Notes under the pieces: generated by a model | Seen by the model: only the letters and a program-made list of their open reading frames with translations | Databases searched by the model: none | Told to the model about the DNA's origin: nothing | Shown here: piece after piece, positions 1 through 12,370 of the stretch | Numbering within the stretch: position 1 is the first letter of the stretch | Layout of the letters: every line of letters begins with the position of its first letter | Assembly: GCA_010909165.1 (NCBI GenBank) | Contig: VJWM01000302.1 | Coordinates: forward strand, 47,214 to 111,213 | Source: Anthoceros angustus | Taxonomy: Eukaryota; Plantae; Anthocerotophyta | DNA length: 64,000 nucleotides | Reading direction: 5' to 3' | Position numbers and translations under genes: made by a program

Positions 1-489
1 CTATACAAAACGGGTTATTGTGATTGCTATTGACGGTTTATTAATTAACTAATAATAAAACTAAACCTAATTCTAATTTAAATCACTATTGTGTTTTAAC
101 ACATTTGTTCAAATAAGCTATATTCCATTACTGGACTTATCCGATGCATGTAGTCCGAAGGTCCTCCAGGCTGGGCTCGGTCCGATTACCCCGAGTCAGT
201 GCATCTGGGTCCGAAAGTGCCATCAGTGCTTCTTCCTCCCTTTCCGCCTTATTTTACACTCCATACCTCTGAAAAAATCAAACCCAGCTTATTTCCAACC
301 CCAAGGGAGAGTCCGTCCACATACTCCCTTCTCATCACATTGGCCCGCCAACACCAGTATGGTACTTCTTCACCCGCCACCGTTTACCCGGTGGAGCAGC
401 GATTCACCATCTAGCGCCATGAGCGACCACATTCGCTGTAGACTGCACTACATGTGGCCCCATCCATCGCAAGTGAAGCTTGCCCGGGA

Positions 490-1564
490 TGATGAGTCAT
501 ACAAGCTCTAGCAATATGTGTTGCATTACATTCATAATAGAAAGTACATGCCTTTATGTAGGCAAGGTAGTTGTAACCAATAAGTGGTTGTAACAACTAA
601 CCAATTAAATAACTACTAAAAGAAACTACCTAGAGCCCTAAGGACTAAATTAATTATTAAGTCCTAGGTGCCCTAGTGAAGAGTGCCCTAATAGTAAGCT
701 ATTTTATCACTCCCACTCACTATGAACTAGGGGTGATTTTCGACCAAAAGAGGTCTAGGAAAAACTAGTCTAGTAAAAACTAGTCCCTAACTAAACTTTA
801 CTTAAAGGCATAAAGTAAAACTTAAGGTAAAACTGAAAGTAATAATCACTATTAAAATAACTCCCACTTAAGGAGAACCGAGATGAGAAACTAATAACCC
901 AACTTCAAGAAATAGGTGGAATTAAAACTAATTAAAAGTATTTAAGCGGATTTATATATAGAGGAAAATCCAGAAAATACCTAATTTCCGAAAAGGAAAA
1001 TCAAAAGGATAATGGATAATACCCTTCTTCCTCAAACTTCACAAACGCGATCCCGACAACTTGGTGGTTGGTACATGTGATGGCGATGGGAGGGTGGCTA
1101 CCCGCAGCAAGGCGCGCAATCCCCCCGGAGGAGGCGCCACGGGGCCATCGCCCACGAGCCCGCGGCCTCCCCGCGCGCCGCCGGCCGTAGGGCGGGCGCG
1201 CCTTCCAGCCGCCCAGCGCCCTGCAAGGACGCCACGGCGCGGCGCCCAAACAAAAGGAGAGGCGCCTACCGATGCATCTAGTCGTGTCCCCGCTGGTGAT
1301 GAAGAGTCTCGCCTCGCACTCCCTTCCCGCACCGTAAAGAAATCCCTGCATTTGTCATTGATCCGACCTCATCCTCGGAGGATGGCGAACCAGAGATGCC
1401 TAAGGATCCTGGGACGGCCCAGCGAAGAGGGAAAGCTGAAGTCCGAGTGTAAGATTGCGTCTTCATTTTCTCGCCATGTCTTCATTTCCGCCATGTCTTC
1501 ATTTGTGAAGCAATTCTGGATGTGCTCACCAAAGGGGAGGAAGCGCGCCTAGGTGATGAGGACG
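490..1564 (-). repeat. Copia-A 3' LTR (~1.07 kb)
   Basis: Begins tgatgag on the + strand. Colinear with 7322-7543 and 31862-32955. Followed by the reverse complement of a PPT (tgccctcctc). Confidence 0.88.
951..960 (-). promoter_or_regulatory. TATA box in Copia-A LTR
   Basis: TATATATAAA on the element sense strand; a similar motif lies at ~32316-32326 in the second LTR copy. Confidence 0.55.
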
Positions 1565-2350
1565 TGCCCTCCTCAATGAATGATGCTCCGCCGCAAAATG
1601 CCCACCTGCCAAAAGTGTTTGTAGGAAAGATTGCCGCCATCTTATGCTTCTAAGAAGAAGCTATGACACAAGTGGATTACAAGGATGCTATTTTGATGGA
1701 TAAGAGGTCGACACTTGTGTGACGCTTGGTGCGATGGGTGGAGACGGCATGGGAGGATATGACAAGGAAGGAAAAGAAAGGTGCAATATATTAAATAAGG
1801 GTTATCCGATTTAAGCATCCTAATTTCTATATGAGTTTTAGGATCGAATAACCTAGCATAAATTTTCAGCTTGATGCGTAAACACATTTTGTTTCCTAAG
1901 TGTATTAAAGACAAAAACATGGGCTATTATAAGCGAATTCTACCAAAAGGTGACCGGAAAATAAAGTATACATACTCACCTTAGGTTTAAGTGAAAAGGA
2001 GATGTCCGACTCCTATATATGTGAGGAAACTACCATCCACATGATAAAAATAGCAAGTCTCCCATGTGAGGAATTTCAGGACATATCAAACATATTTTCC
2101 GTAGGTGCCTTTGGTGCTAAGGGAATTTATTGTTTTAATCACATAAATACTGCTTAAATATTATTTTTATTTTTAATATAAATATTCCAGGTTCTATGTT
2201 GGCCGTCTATGAAGAGGAAGGGGATGATGACCTAAGCTATTTTGAGATAGAAGAAGAAAAATGTTCAGAAAAATAGTAAGACAATAATTTTTGGGCTAAG
2301 ATTTTAAGGTTATCTTAAATCGGCCCTAAGGCGCTAGGGTGAGTATTAGG

Positions 2351-5300
2351 TTAAAGGTTTGGACATGTGTCCATTATACCCAAACATTTCATGTGTTTCC
2401 TATGTAACTCAATTCCCAATGACTTTGTTAATAAATCGACATTGTCTAAAGTTTGAACATAACTAATATTTATGGTTTGATCTTCTAACTTTTCCCTTAT
2501 GTAGTGATACTCAATATATATGTTTAGTTCTAGAATGAAAAGCAGATTTCGCAAGTGCAATGGCACGGCTATCACTAAACAAAGATGTAGGCTTAAGTTG
2601 AGGATGGTGAAGTTCACTCAAAACTAACTGGACCACACTATGTCTTTAGAACCGAGGTTAGTACCACAGTACTCGATTCGATTGACAAAGCTATAGTAGG
2701 TTGTTTCTTACTTGACCAGATATTGGTGCTCCTCCCAAGAGTAATACATACCCATGATTGTGTGTGTCGGGTCACAAAGATAGTCGGCATCGATATGCCG
2801 TTAGAGTTAATGTGTTGATAGCGGTGTATGCTTGAACATCGATCTGTGTACATAGTGCCTTTAAGGTATCGAATATACGCTCAGACATCCGCTCACGCCC
2901 GTGGTTCTCCAAGAATTGTGAGCGTGGAACCGACTTCAAAAGATATATCCGGTCTCGTAAAATTGCATAAATATATTAGAGTGCCAACGATGTCGGTATG
3001 GAACTGACATTTCTAGCTTTTCTTCATTGTTTTGGGACTCATATCCGAGGTAAGCCTAACACCACTTGCAAAAGGTGTGGGTGCTTTTTGCATCCTCAAG
3101 TCCAAATTTAGCTAAACTCTCCTTAATATACTTGGTTTGAACTATACTTAGAGTCTTATTACCTCTATTTCGTATAATATTAACACCAAGTGCATATGTC
3201 ATTTCTCCTAGATCGGACATCTCAAATAGAGTCCTAAGCCATGCTTTAGTTTCGGCTAGGAGAGTGAGGGAGTTTGTTGCCATAAAAACATCATCAACAT
3301 AAAGTAGAAGATAAAATATATCATTGCGGATATTAGGATGTACATACATCACACCGGCTTTGCTTAAATCCTCTCCCAATAAGTTGTACATGTATGGTTA
3401 ATTCCAATTCTTGCTCGACCGCTTAAGGCCATACAAACCTTTGATGAGTCGGCATACCCAATCTTCTTTGCCTTTGACAGTAACCTCGGGTTGTCTCATG
3501 TATATTTCCTCTGCGCCATACAAATATCTTCTTAACATCCATCATGTGGAGTTCAAGATCATGTTGGGCACATAAGGCAAATATCATTCAAGTGTGGCAA
3601 TTTGGCATCATAAGTGGCCCAAGGTATGTAATCTAGACCGAGAATTTGTGTAAAACCTCTCGCTACTAGGCGTGCCTTATACCTTTCTATAGAACCATCT
3701 CCTTTTCTTTTAATTTTGAATACCCATTTGCTGGTTACTATCTTCCTACCCCTAGGTGGTTTGACCAATTCCATGTAGAGTTATTAACTAGGGAATTATA
3801 TTCGAATCTGACTACCTTCCATAAGTCTTTTCGGAGAAGAGAAAGCTTGTTTTAAGGTAAGAGGTTCTTCCGGGTCTATAGTTGCCTTGTAGACAGCTTG
3901 AGAATAAAGTGATATAGGGGTATAGGATCATCAAAAGCTAGGTATCCTAAAGGAGGTTCCTTCCAACTGCAGGACACGAGATAGTAGGTCGGGATCTAAG
4001 GTTGTACCTTTGTGCAGTGCATCATCCACGGGAGGCGGGATCAACAGGATCTGGCTCCACAATGTCATCCTCCGGAGGGTCATCAAACTCATCATCATGA
4101 GTGTCAAGGCGCCCGCCGGGATGTCAACATCGTGTCTGCTTGAGTTGTACCGTTGTGGAATAGATGCTAACCTCCTCCTCCTGCATAATAGGTTCAACTA
4201 AAGGAACACGAAGCGTGAATGGGAAATGGAGTGAAATAATCGATCATCAAAATAAGAAGGGTCAATGGTCTCATCAAGAGGAGGACCAAGCCTATCAGCT
4301 CCTGGGGAAAAGAGGTAAGACTCATGAAAAGTAACACTCGATATAAAAGTTGCCTTGTAGAAGGGTTGAACAATTTGTACCCTTTGATACCTTGTAGCCA
4401 ATGAAAAGTGTACTTAGTCGCTTTGGGATCCAACTTACGCAATGCTTTGGGAATAAAAACATATGCGGGATCCAAAAATTCAAGGTGGTCAATAGAAGGC
4501 TTCTTGCCAATGAATGCTTCATATGGAGTCATACCTTGAGCTGATGTAGGCAATCGATTCATGAGATAGGTTCTTAGGAGGGCCTCGCCAATAAGCCTTA
4601 GATAACTTAGCTTGTACCAATAAGCAACTGTGATCTCTTGAGGCGTAGATTCTTGTTCTCGGCTACGCCATTTTGTTGAGGAGTGTAGACAATCAGAAGT
4701 TGTTGAGCTATACCTTCACTCGACAAAAATCCTCAAATAGATGTAAACTCTCCACCATTGTCGGAACGTAAGGTCTTGAGTTTGTGATCCGTAAGTCTCT
4801 CACCCATTTCATGTAGTCCTTGAAGAAGTGAAAGGCATCACTCTTGTTTTCGGGATGTAGGAAAAGACAAACGAGAGAAATCATCGTGAAGGTCAAAAAT
4901 ATCTACTACCACTAAAGGAGGGTGTAGACAAGGGTCCACAAATGTCTGTGTGCACTATCTCTAAAGGTGACTTGGCCCTTTGTGGAGATTTATTTTGAAA
5001 GGCTCTTGATGTCGTTTAGTGAGGACACAAGATTCGCACCAAGGTAGGTGTTCAACCTTTGCAAGGCAAGGGTTCTATATAAAGCTCCCTTAGACATTTG
5101 GATTAATTTTTGACTATTAGGATGACCAAGGCGACAATGCCAAAGCATGGTTTGGGTAGGTGTCATGGTTTGGAATGGCAACATTAGCGAATGGGTGGCT
5201 CCCACTTGTACCGACAATCTATAGAGACCATCATCTAAAGTGCCATGATTGTATAGTTTCTATCACTTATGAAAGAGAGAAGACAACTATTCGCATAAAG

Positions 5301-6900
5301 GATCACTGCAGAGTGTGTTCTTGACAAAGACTTGCTGATACTAGATTCTTGCACATTGAAGGAACATGGAGGACGTGATGAAGATGAAGAACTGACCGAA
5401 TCACACTTGAATACAATCAACCGACACCGCAATGGGTAGGTTGTGATCATCTCCGGAGGATGACCGATGTCCTGGGGTGAGTAAGACTCAAAAGAGTTTC
5501 ATTGTAACAAATATGTGAAGTAGCTCCTTGCCTAAGTACCATGAGGTATTGGAGGGCTTGGAAGAAGCCAAGCACACAGTGAGCACCGCTGGAGTTGAGG
5601 AAGATTGTTTCACGCAATGTTAGCTCGTGTGGGCCTCCCCGAGGTTCCCATTCTTCTTCTTACGACAATCCTTTTCCATGTGATTTGGGATTACGCACCA
5701 ATTACATATAATCCATCTTCTTGTTACCTCTTGCGGTGTTGAAGAAGATGCCTCTCCATCATGGAAAGTATGTGGATATGGGGTCGGAAAGTAGAACCTC
5801 GGCCTCGCCTCGTCCTCTTCCTCTACCCCTTTGTGAATACATCACCACCGCTTGTTGGCTCGGAGTGATGATGACGTCGCTTGCCTCCTCCGTAGCAATG
5901 CTCCAATAAGTTCGGAAACACGATGTCCGGCTCTTCATTTGGATCTTCATCTGCATTTTTCGACATTGAATCACGCATTTTGAGTTGTAATGAAAGCCCT
6001 ATAAGAAGGTGGCAATGAAGATAAGAGAATGACGTAAGCCTCCATCTACGAGATAGGTACGCTTGAAGATTCCAAATGGGATCGTGCCAAAATGCATTAA
6101 CATGATGTTCGATGGTGTCGGACTCCTTCATTGAGAGGTTGCGGAAGTTACGTGAAGCGCAACAATACTCATTACATCTCGAGATGAATATAATTGAGCA
6201 AGGTGAGTCCACATATCCTTGGAGGTCTTTATGCGACATGTCTCACCATATGTTGAGAAAGTCCACGACCAATAAATCTTGTGCCTTCGCCCCTGGGCGT
6301 CCCGGAAGGTTGAAGTTCACGTTCAAATCGGGCGTGTGGCCTTGGAATTGATCCATCGACGATGCCCCAAAGGTCTCTTTGCCGCAAAGCTCCTCGCATT
6401 CTCAATGACCGATGTCATAATCCCTTCCATTGAATCTCTTTCTTGAAATGTCACCATAATGATAATGCAATGAAGTGTTAGCATTATCATTACCCAATGG
6501 GGAATTAGGAACAGTTGTTCTTCATCATTGATCACTCCAGCCATTGTAGGTGATTTAGAGGACTAGGCCTCGCCGTACACCTCATCTTCTATTGCACGAA
6601 ACTCTTCTCTTGCATCATAATCGATTCGGATGATGATAGCATGCTCTCAAATCTCTGCGCATTATCAACCTTAGAGAGAATAGACAATTTTGTCCTTAAT
6701 TCAGATAATTCTCCCTTAAGATCAAAGGATTGGATTCTAAGAGTTGCTAATTGACTATCAATTTCTTGAAATCTAAGAGTTTCTATGCTATTTTGTCTTG
6801 TGACTAGAAGATAAAGGAGTACTAATACCGATTCAAATTTGGGATATGTTGGAGAGCTAATTCTAATGCCTTGACGTGAATTGGACTAAAACTTCTAGCA
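2351..6900 (-). pseudogene. Copia-A gag-pol, frameshifted
   Basis: RNaseH YHYIREKLEDQTINISYVQTLDNVDLLTKSL (2351-2617). RT YVDD and KWVFKIKRKGDGSIERYKARLVARGF (3056-3774). Integrase (4194-4900). LWHCRLGHPN pre-integrase (4990-5217). UBN2-type Gag RNFRNLSMKESDTIEHHVNAF (5823-6351). Confidence 0.92.
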
Positions 6901-7310
6901 AATCACGTCTAGCTAGCTTGATAAACTTCCCTTGATCCGGTTTAGAAATTAAAATAGATGCAATGAAGTTTGCTATACAAGAGGAGGTTTCTACTATCTC
7001 TCCTCTATAGCTTGTTGTCTTCTATTGCTTCTATGTGTTGGGCTCCTAATTTGTTCTTGTTGTCTTGCAGACTACTTCTCTTCTTAACTCTATGCCTTCT
7101 CCTTCTAAGGAACACAAATCCATGGAGGAAGGAACAAAGAATTAGTGCATAAAAGCATTGTTAGAAGAGAAATGTTAGCATAAAAGAATGCATGCAAAGA
7201 TAGCAATTCTAGGATAAACACAATCCATCTAGGCAAATGCTAGATTAGAAAGTGTCTCCTAGATAAGCTACTTAGATGCATGAGGATGCAAGCAAACAAA
7301 GAGCAAGTGT

Positions 7311-7321
7311 GCTCGATACCA
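7311..7321 (-). other. Primer binding site (tRNA-iMet type)
   Basis: TGGTATCGAGC immediately after the LTR end ...CTCATCA on the minus strand. Confidence 0.85.
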
Positions 7322-7543
7322 TGATGAGAATCATACACAAGCTCTAGCAATATGTGTTGCATTACATTCATAATAGAAAGTACATGCCTTTATGTAGGCA
7401 AGGTAGTTGTAACCAATAAGTGGTTGTAACAACTAACCAATTAAAATAACTACTAAAGAAACTACCTAGAGCCCTAAGGACTAAATTAATTATTAAGTCC
7501 TAGGTGCCCTAGTGAAGAGTGCCCTAATAGTGTTATTTTATCA
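7322..7543 (-). repeat. Copia-A 5' LTR, truncated
   Basis: Matches 490-712, then switches abruptly to Gypsy integrase sequence. Confidence 0.88.
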
Positions 7544-10500
7544 CGGGAAGTGCATATTTGGCGGTCATCGTGAAAGGGCGATCTCCCTCCTTCACATACT
7601 CCTCGCGGAGTCGCCATAGCTTCCACCGTTTTGTACCGTTGCATTACTCGCTGCGCCTCTTCTCGGCCTTCCGTCTTTGGACAAACCTCTAGCGATCGCC
7701 TATTAGCTTTCATCAGATTAAACGCGTCCCTCCATCATGACTCGGAGCGTTGGTACCTCAAACTCCACAGGCATAACCGGCGAATGCCCATAGGTTAAGT
7801 AATACGGAGTTCAGTGTATTACCTTCTCCGTCCTCAAGGCCCATAGCGGATGGTAGCTTGGTATCCCAACATGCAGTTAATCGTAAGCTTATTGTGATGC
7901 GCAGATAAGTCTGGTCTTCTCCGTTAACCCATTGGCCTTCGGGTTGTATGGGGCGTCTTGGCGATGAGTTATCAAATAGTCCGTCATTGCGCTTATCACA
8001 TCATTGAAATGAGTTCCCCTATCACTTACCAACCGCAACGGGCACCCACCATCTTTGTGATGATGTTCTCATAGAGGAACTTTGCCACCGTCTTGCAGAA
8101 ACTGGTCCTTGTTGCCAGCGCCTCCACCCATCGGGGTGTGAGTCCGTTGCCACCAGGATGTACCTCTTCCTGTGTGTCTCATAGGTCGATAGTCGATGCC
8201 ATCTTCAAAGGCGCTAGTGCGAGTGGGCTCCATCTGGTTAGTGAGCGTTGGCCTGATCCGCCGACAAGCATCACATCTCTTCACAATTGGTGTGTTCTCC
8301 ATACATGGTGGGCCACCAGTATCCGGCCTCCAAGATTTTCTTGGTGGTGACCTGCGCTGCATAATGGCCACCGCCCAGGCCTTCATGCATCCCTTTTATG
8401 ACTACCTCCGTTTCCGCCTGTTGAAGGTACCTACGCTCCACGCCGTCCGGTCCCACCTTAAAGATACATCCGTTGTACATCCTGAAGGGCCGAGCGTAGT
8501 GTACAAAGGCCTGTTGCTGGGCACGGTTTAACCCACTTGGAATCTCCATCTCCCATGTACTGCTCCAGCCCACATAGGTGGGCCGCACGCCCGCCTCCTT
8601 CTCCGCTTCGCTACTTCTACCTTACAAGTTTGGGGTTCCTACCGCGCCTCCTCCGCCTCCAATGCGGCCACCAATTCCTCATCCGGAAAGTCATCCTCGA
8701 TCCCGCAGGTCGGCCTGCCTTTCAACTCGACAAGAAGTCGATTTTGGTGTTGCCTCGCTCGGTCTCCACCTCAAAGGTGAACTCACAGCGAGAATCCACC
8801 TCGCACGGCCGGACAGTCCGCTTTATTCACCATGCTTGAGCGCCAAGTGATCACATAGAACACAAACTCATGTGTAAGGTAGTGCCCCAATTTCACGATA
8901 CCATTCCTAACGCCTCGCCTCCGTAGTAGTGTACCTGCTCGCATGCGTGAGCCGCCTTCCGCATAGTAGATTGATGATCCCTCCGCTTGTCGCCCTTTGG
9001 CCGAGCACTACCCGATGGCGGCCGACACATCTACATACACATGGAATCGCTTACTCCTCCGGACCTTTAACATCGAGCGCTTATCGTGGTGGTCTCAGAT
9101 GCAATGCTCCTTCTCGTGTCCAGTCCACTCCTCCTTCCCGAGTAACCTGCTAGTTGGCGCCCGCTTGCAAGTCCCGGATGAACGCCTGTAGTAACCCACC
9201 ATGCCTGAATCTCAGCCTTCAGATTCGGGTGGCTGCAGGGATCGAATGACCCCGACCTTATCTTGGTCCACCTCTATCCTCGCTACGACACACGGTGTCC
9301 ACAAGATTCCTCCGGCCATTCCAAAGTAGCATTTCTCCTGGATGTAGACACGGGGTTTCCTTACAACGCCCAAGCACTTCCAGTGCCCAACGTGCTTGTC
9401 TTCCTCTCCATGTACGCAAAAGTCGCCAGAATACCCATGAAGTCCTCGAAAATCCTCAAGACGTTGGTCACCATCCGCATGAATGATCCGGTGCCCCGCT
9501 ATCCCAAAGGCGCTAAGCGAACGCCCCCACTCCGTGGTGAACGTTGTCTTATCCCATCGACTCCCTTAGGTGCAGCTTGGTTGTAGCCGAGTATCCATCC
9601 AAGAAGGAGGCACTCCCCGCCACCTTGTCCAAGATGTCGTCCACGAAGGGCATGGGGAAATGGTCCTTCTCGGAGTGCTGAGTTTCCTCCAATCTCGATA
9701 GACACGGATCGCCTGCGCTTCTTGGGCACGAACGATGGTGCTACCCATTCTGCTTTCACGATTGGAAAGATGATGTCCGCCTCCAAATATTTGTCCAGGA
9801 CCTCCTTGACCTTGAGCGAGTGCTTGGGATTCAGCTTTATACCGCCAATCCGAGCACCGCCTCCCCGGCTCAGTCTATCCGTGTTCGCCAATCGTTGAAT
9901 GCCTTCATATCCGTGACCTTGAAAGCAAACACCTCGCTGAATTCCCCAACAATCGCGGTGAGGTCTCGCTCAACTCACGGCATATCCTTGCGGAATTTTA
10001 GAATTTTCCGGACCTCCACGCCTTCCACATCGTCGGATTGACCGCCTCCCTTTCCCCGGCCTACGCCCAAAGCCATCATCCTCCATCCGGTTCATCCTCA
10101 CGCATCCCCACTCTAAAAGCTCGTCTGAGGTAAACCGGGTCACTTCTTGGTCCTCCACCTCCTGCTGGTCTCCCTTGCCCTCGTCCTCCTGGCTAGGCGC
10201 GGCCTCACCGAAACAATTGACCACCTCCGCTCCAAAAGTGTCCCTTCGGTAGTCCATCTCTTCTTCGGACCACGAGATTTTTGGAAAGGGGTAGTCATCA
10301 TTCGTATCCTCGCGTTCATCGTCCCCACTGTCCTCGGCGGAGGTGTACCCCTCTGTGGTGCTTACGGTTTCCCCGCAGTAGGTGTCCTTGCTCCAGGTGA
10401 TCGCTACCCGTCCCTCCCTTACCTTCGGATCCCAGTCAACTGGTTTGAAGTGTATCTCCTTCCTTCCGAAGTGTAGTTTTGTCTGAGCGAGTCCCACCCG

Positions 10501-12370
10501 TGGACGCCCAACAAGACTGCACCCCCGAGGTCCCGGGCTTGATGACCACTAAGTCCAATGTAGGGTGCCCCGCTATGGTTGCTTGACTCGACACCTCACG
10601 GCGCCGTGACATGTCCGCCATCCCGAGGGTTTTGGTGGATGGCTCAAATGGAACCCCAACCGCCTCGGCCTCCGTGATGAGGTTGACTCGACTGCGTCCG
10701 GGCACGCTTAATCACGCACCCCGATTTCACCAACCACCGGCGCCCGGTCCGTGATGAGATACCACTCTTACCTCCATGTTCTTGGTCCCACGACCGAGGC
10801 GTTTCGCGTGGTTGTGTCTCCTTGATGGCCTCGGACTTCGCCGATACTGGATTGTCTAACAACTCCCGAGTGACACCAGGTGTTGTTGGTCCATCATCAA
10901 GTCAGCCACCTTGAAGGGCGGGCTTCTCACGAGTCACGGTCGCCGTGATTCTTCCACCGCCACCGCCTGCGTGGTGGGCCCACCGGTCCGCTTGGATCTC
11001 CTCCTGAAGCATCTCCGCCACTTCTCGAACCACATCCGGTGGAAACTGGGGTGTTGCCTTGGGTGGGTCCGTTTCCTCTACTATCGTTTCAGGAGGTTTC
11101 TGGTCGGGTGATTCCTCTGGCAGAGCTGCCCGATTCAACTCGCCTTCCTTGGCTGGCTCTCCCTCCTTCGCGAGAGTCCCGTCCTCCGTATCCGTGGTGC
11201 TCTCTCCATTTTTCTTCCTCTTTAACTGCCTTCTCTCCTTTCGCTCCTTCCGGCGGCTTCGGGTTGACACCTCCAGTACCTCCAGGTCTACCTTCTCCTC
11301 CTTAGCCGAACCCGCCTCGTACCACTCCGCCCCAAGTTCCTTCGGCGCCTCTTCCCACTCCGCCAGCTGTGCATCTTCAATCTGTAGCACCGCGCTTAGG
11401 GAGAGGGGCGAGGGTCGGGCTCTCCACCGGGTGGCATAGCGCACGCCCCGAGCGAGGGTTCTGGCTGTGGTACCGCCCGCCATGTGTCCTCTCGCCTTGC
11501 AATCCCGCATAGGCTCAAAGTCCCCTCCCTGCCGAGTGGGGTATGGGCACGATTGGAGTAGTGCCCGGTTCTGGGCCCAAGCAGATACCGCCGCCTGAGA
11601 ATTGGAGGGCTCCCATATGTGCCGGACGGGGTCGATGCATGGATGGTCCGGCCGCCGTAGGGTACATGCCTTGGGATACCGCTGCCTGTGGTGCTTCTTG
11701 CACGCTGGCCCTCCCACCTCCTACTCTTCCCGTAGTCGCACTCCACTTGGTTTACGGGTCCGAGGGCGCTTAGCCTTGAATGCCCATGTGGCACACCGCA
11801 CACCATAGATGGTCCGAACTGGCCGCCCGCCTGCCTGTCCTTCACCGGTTGATCGTCAATTCTTCCACCCTCTTCATTACCGTTCAGATCTTCCCTCAAC
11901 CCCACTTTCAAAGGGGTTGGATCGCGGAACTTCGCGCAAGGCATCACGACCTCCTTCTTTCGACCTCCTAATCGCAGCTTTTCTTCTTATTCCTCTCGGT
12001 GAGGTTCCTCCTCTTCGCGCCATCCTCGGATTCTTCTTCGGAACCCTCCTCCTCTTCCTCCGAAGTAACCTCGGTTTTCATCCTTCCGAGGCTCTTCATC
12101 TCGGATTCGACCCCGTTCTTTTCTTCTTCCCGCCTGGAGGCGTCCTTGTCCTCCGTTGGTGCATCGATTCCTCGTAGTTCTCCGCCGCTCGGACCGCCTT
12201 ACTCACATCCTTTTCTGCCAACAGCAATGACGTGCTTAGCCATTGGCTTGGGTAGGCCATTGCGAAGGCCAGCGAACCAGCCGTGCACGTCACTGCGTAA
12301 AGTCAGGCGGCTCGTCTGGGGCCTCAAGCCCAGCGCTAGCTCGATTTTTTGGCCAGGGGTGAGGGTAGAT
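7544..12370 (-). mobile_element. Ty3/Gypsy internal region (gag-PR-RT-RH-INT), degraded
   Basis: Integrase zinc-binding region MHEGLGGGHYAAQVTTKKILEAGYWWPT (8271-8588). RT LDKYLEADIIFPIVKAEWVAP (9499-9891). Protease-like VNLITEAEA...MADMS (10436-10705). Low-complexity Gag region to ~12300. Confidence 0.85.

Larger units (their letters stand above)
490..7543 (-). mobile_element. Ty1/Copia LTR retrotransposon, family Copia-A copy 1 (3' LTR complete, 5' LTR truncated)
   Basis: Minus-strand Gag-integrase-RT-RNaseH order. The LTR sequence at 490 recurs at 7322 and 31862. PBS at 7311-7321, PPT at ~1565. Confidence 0.93.
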
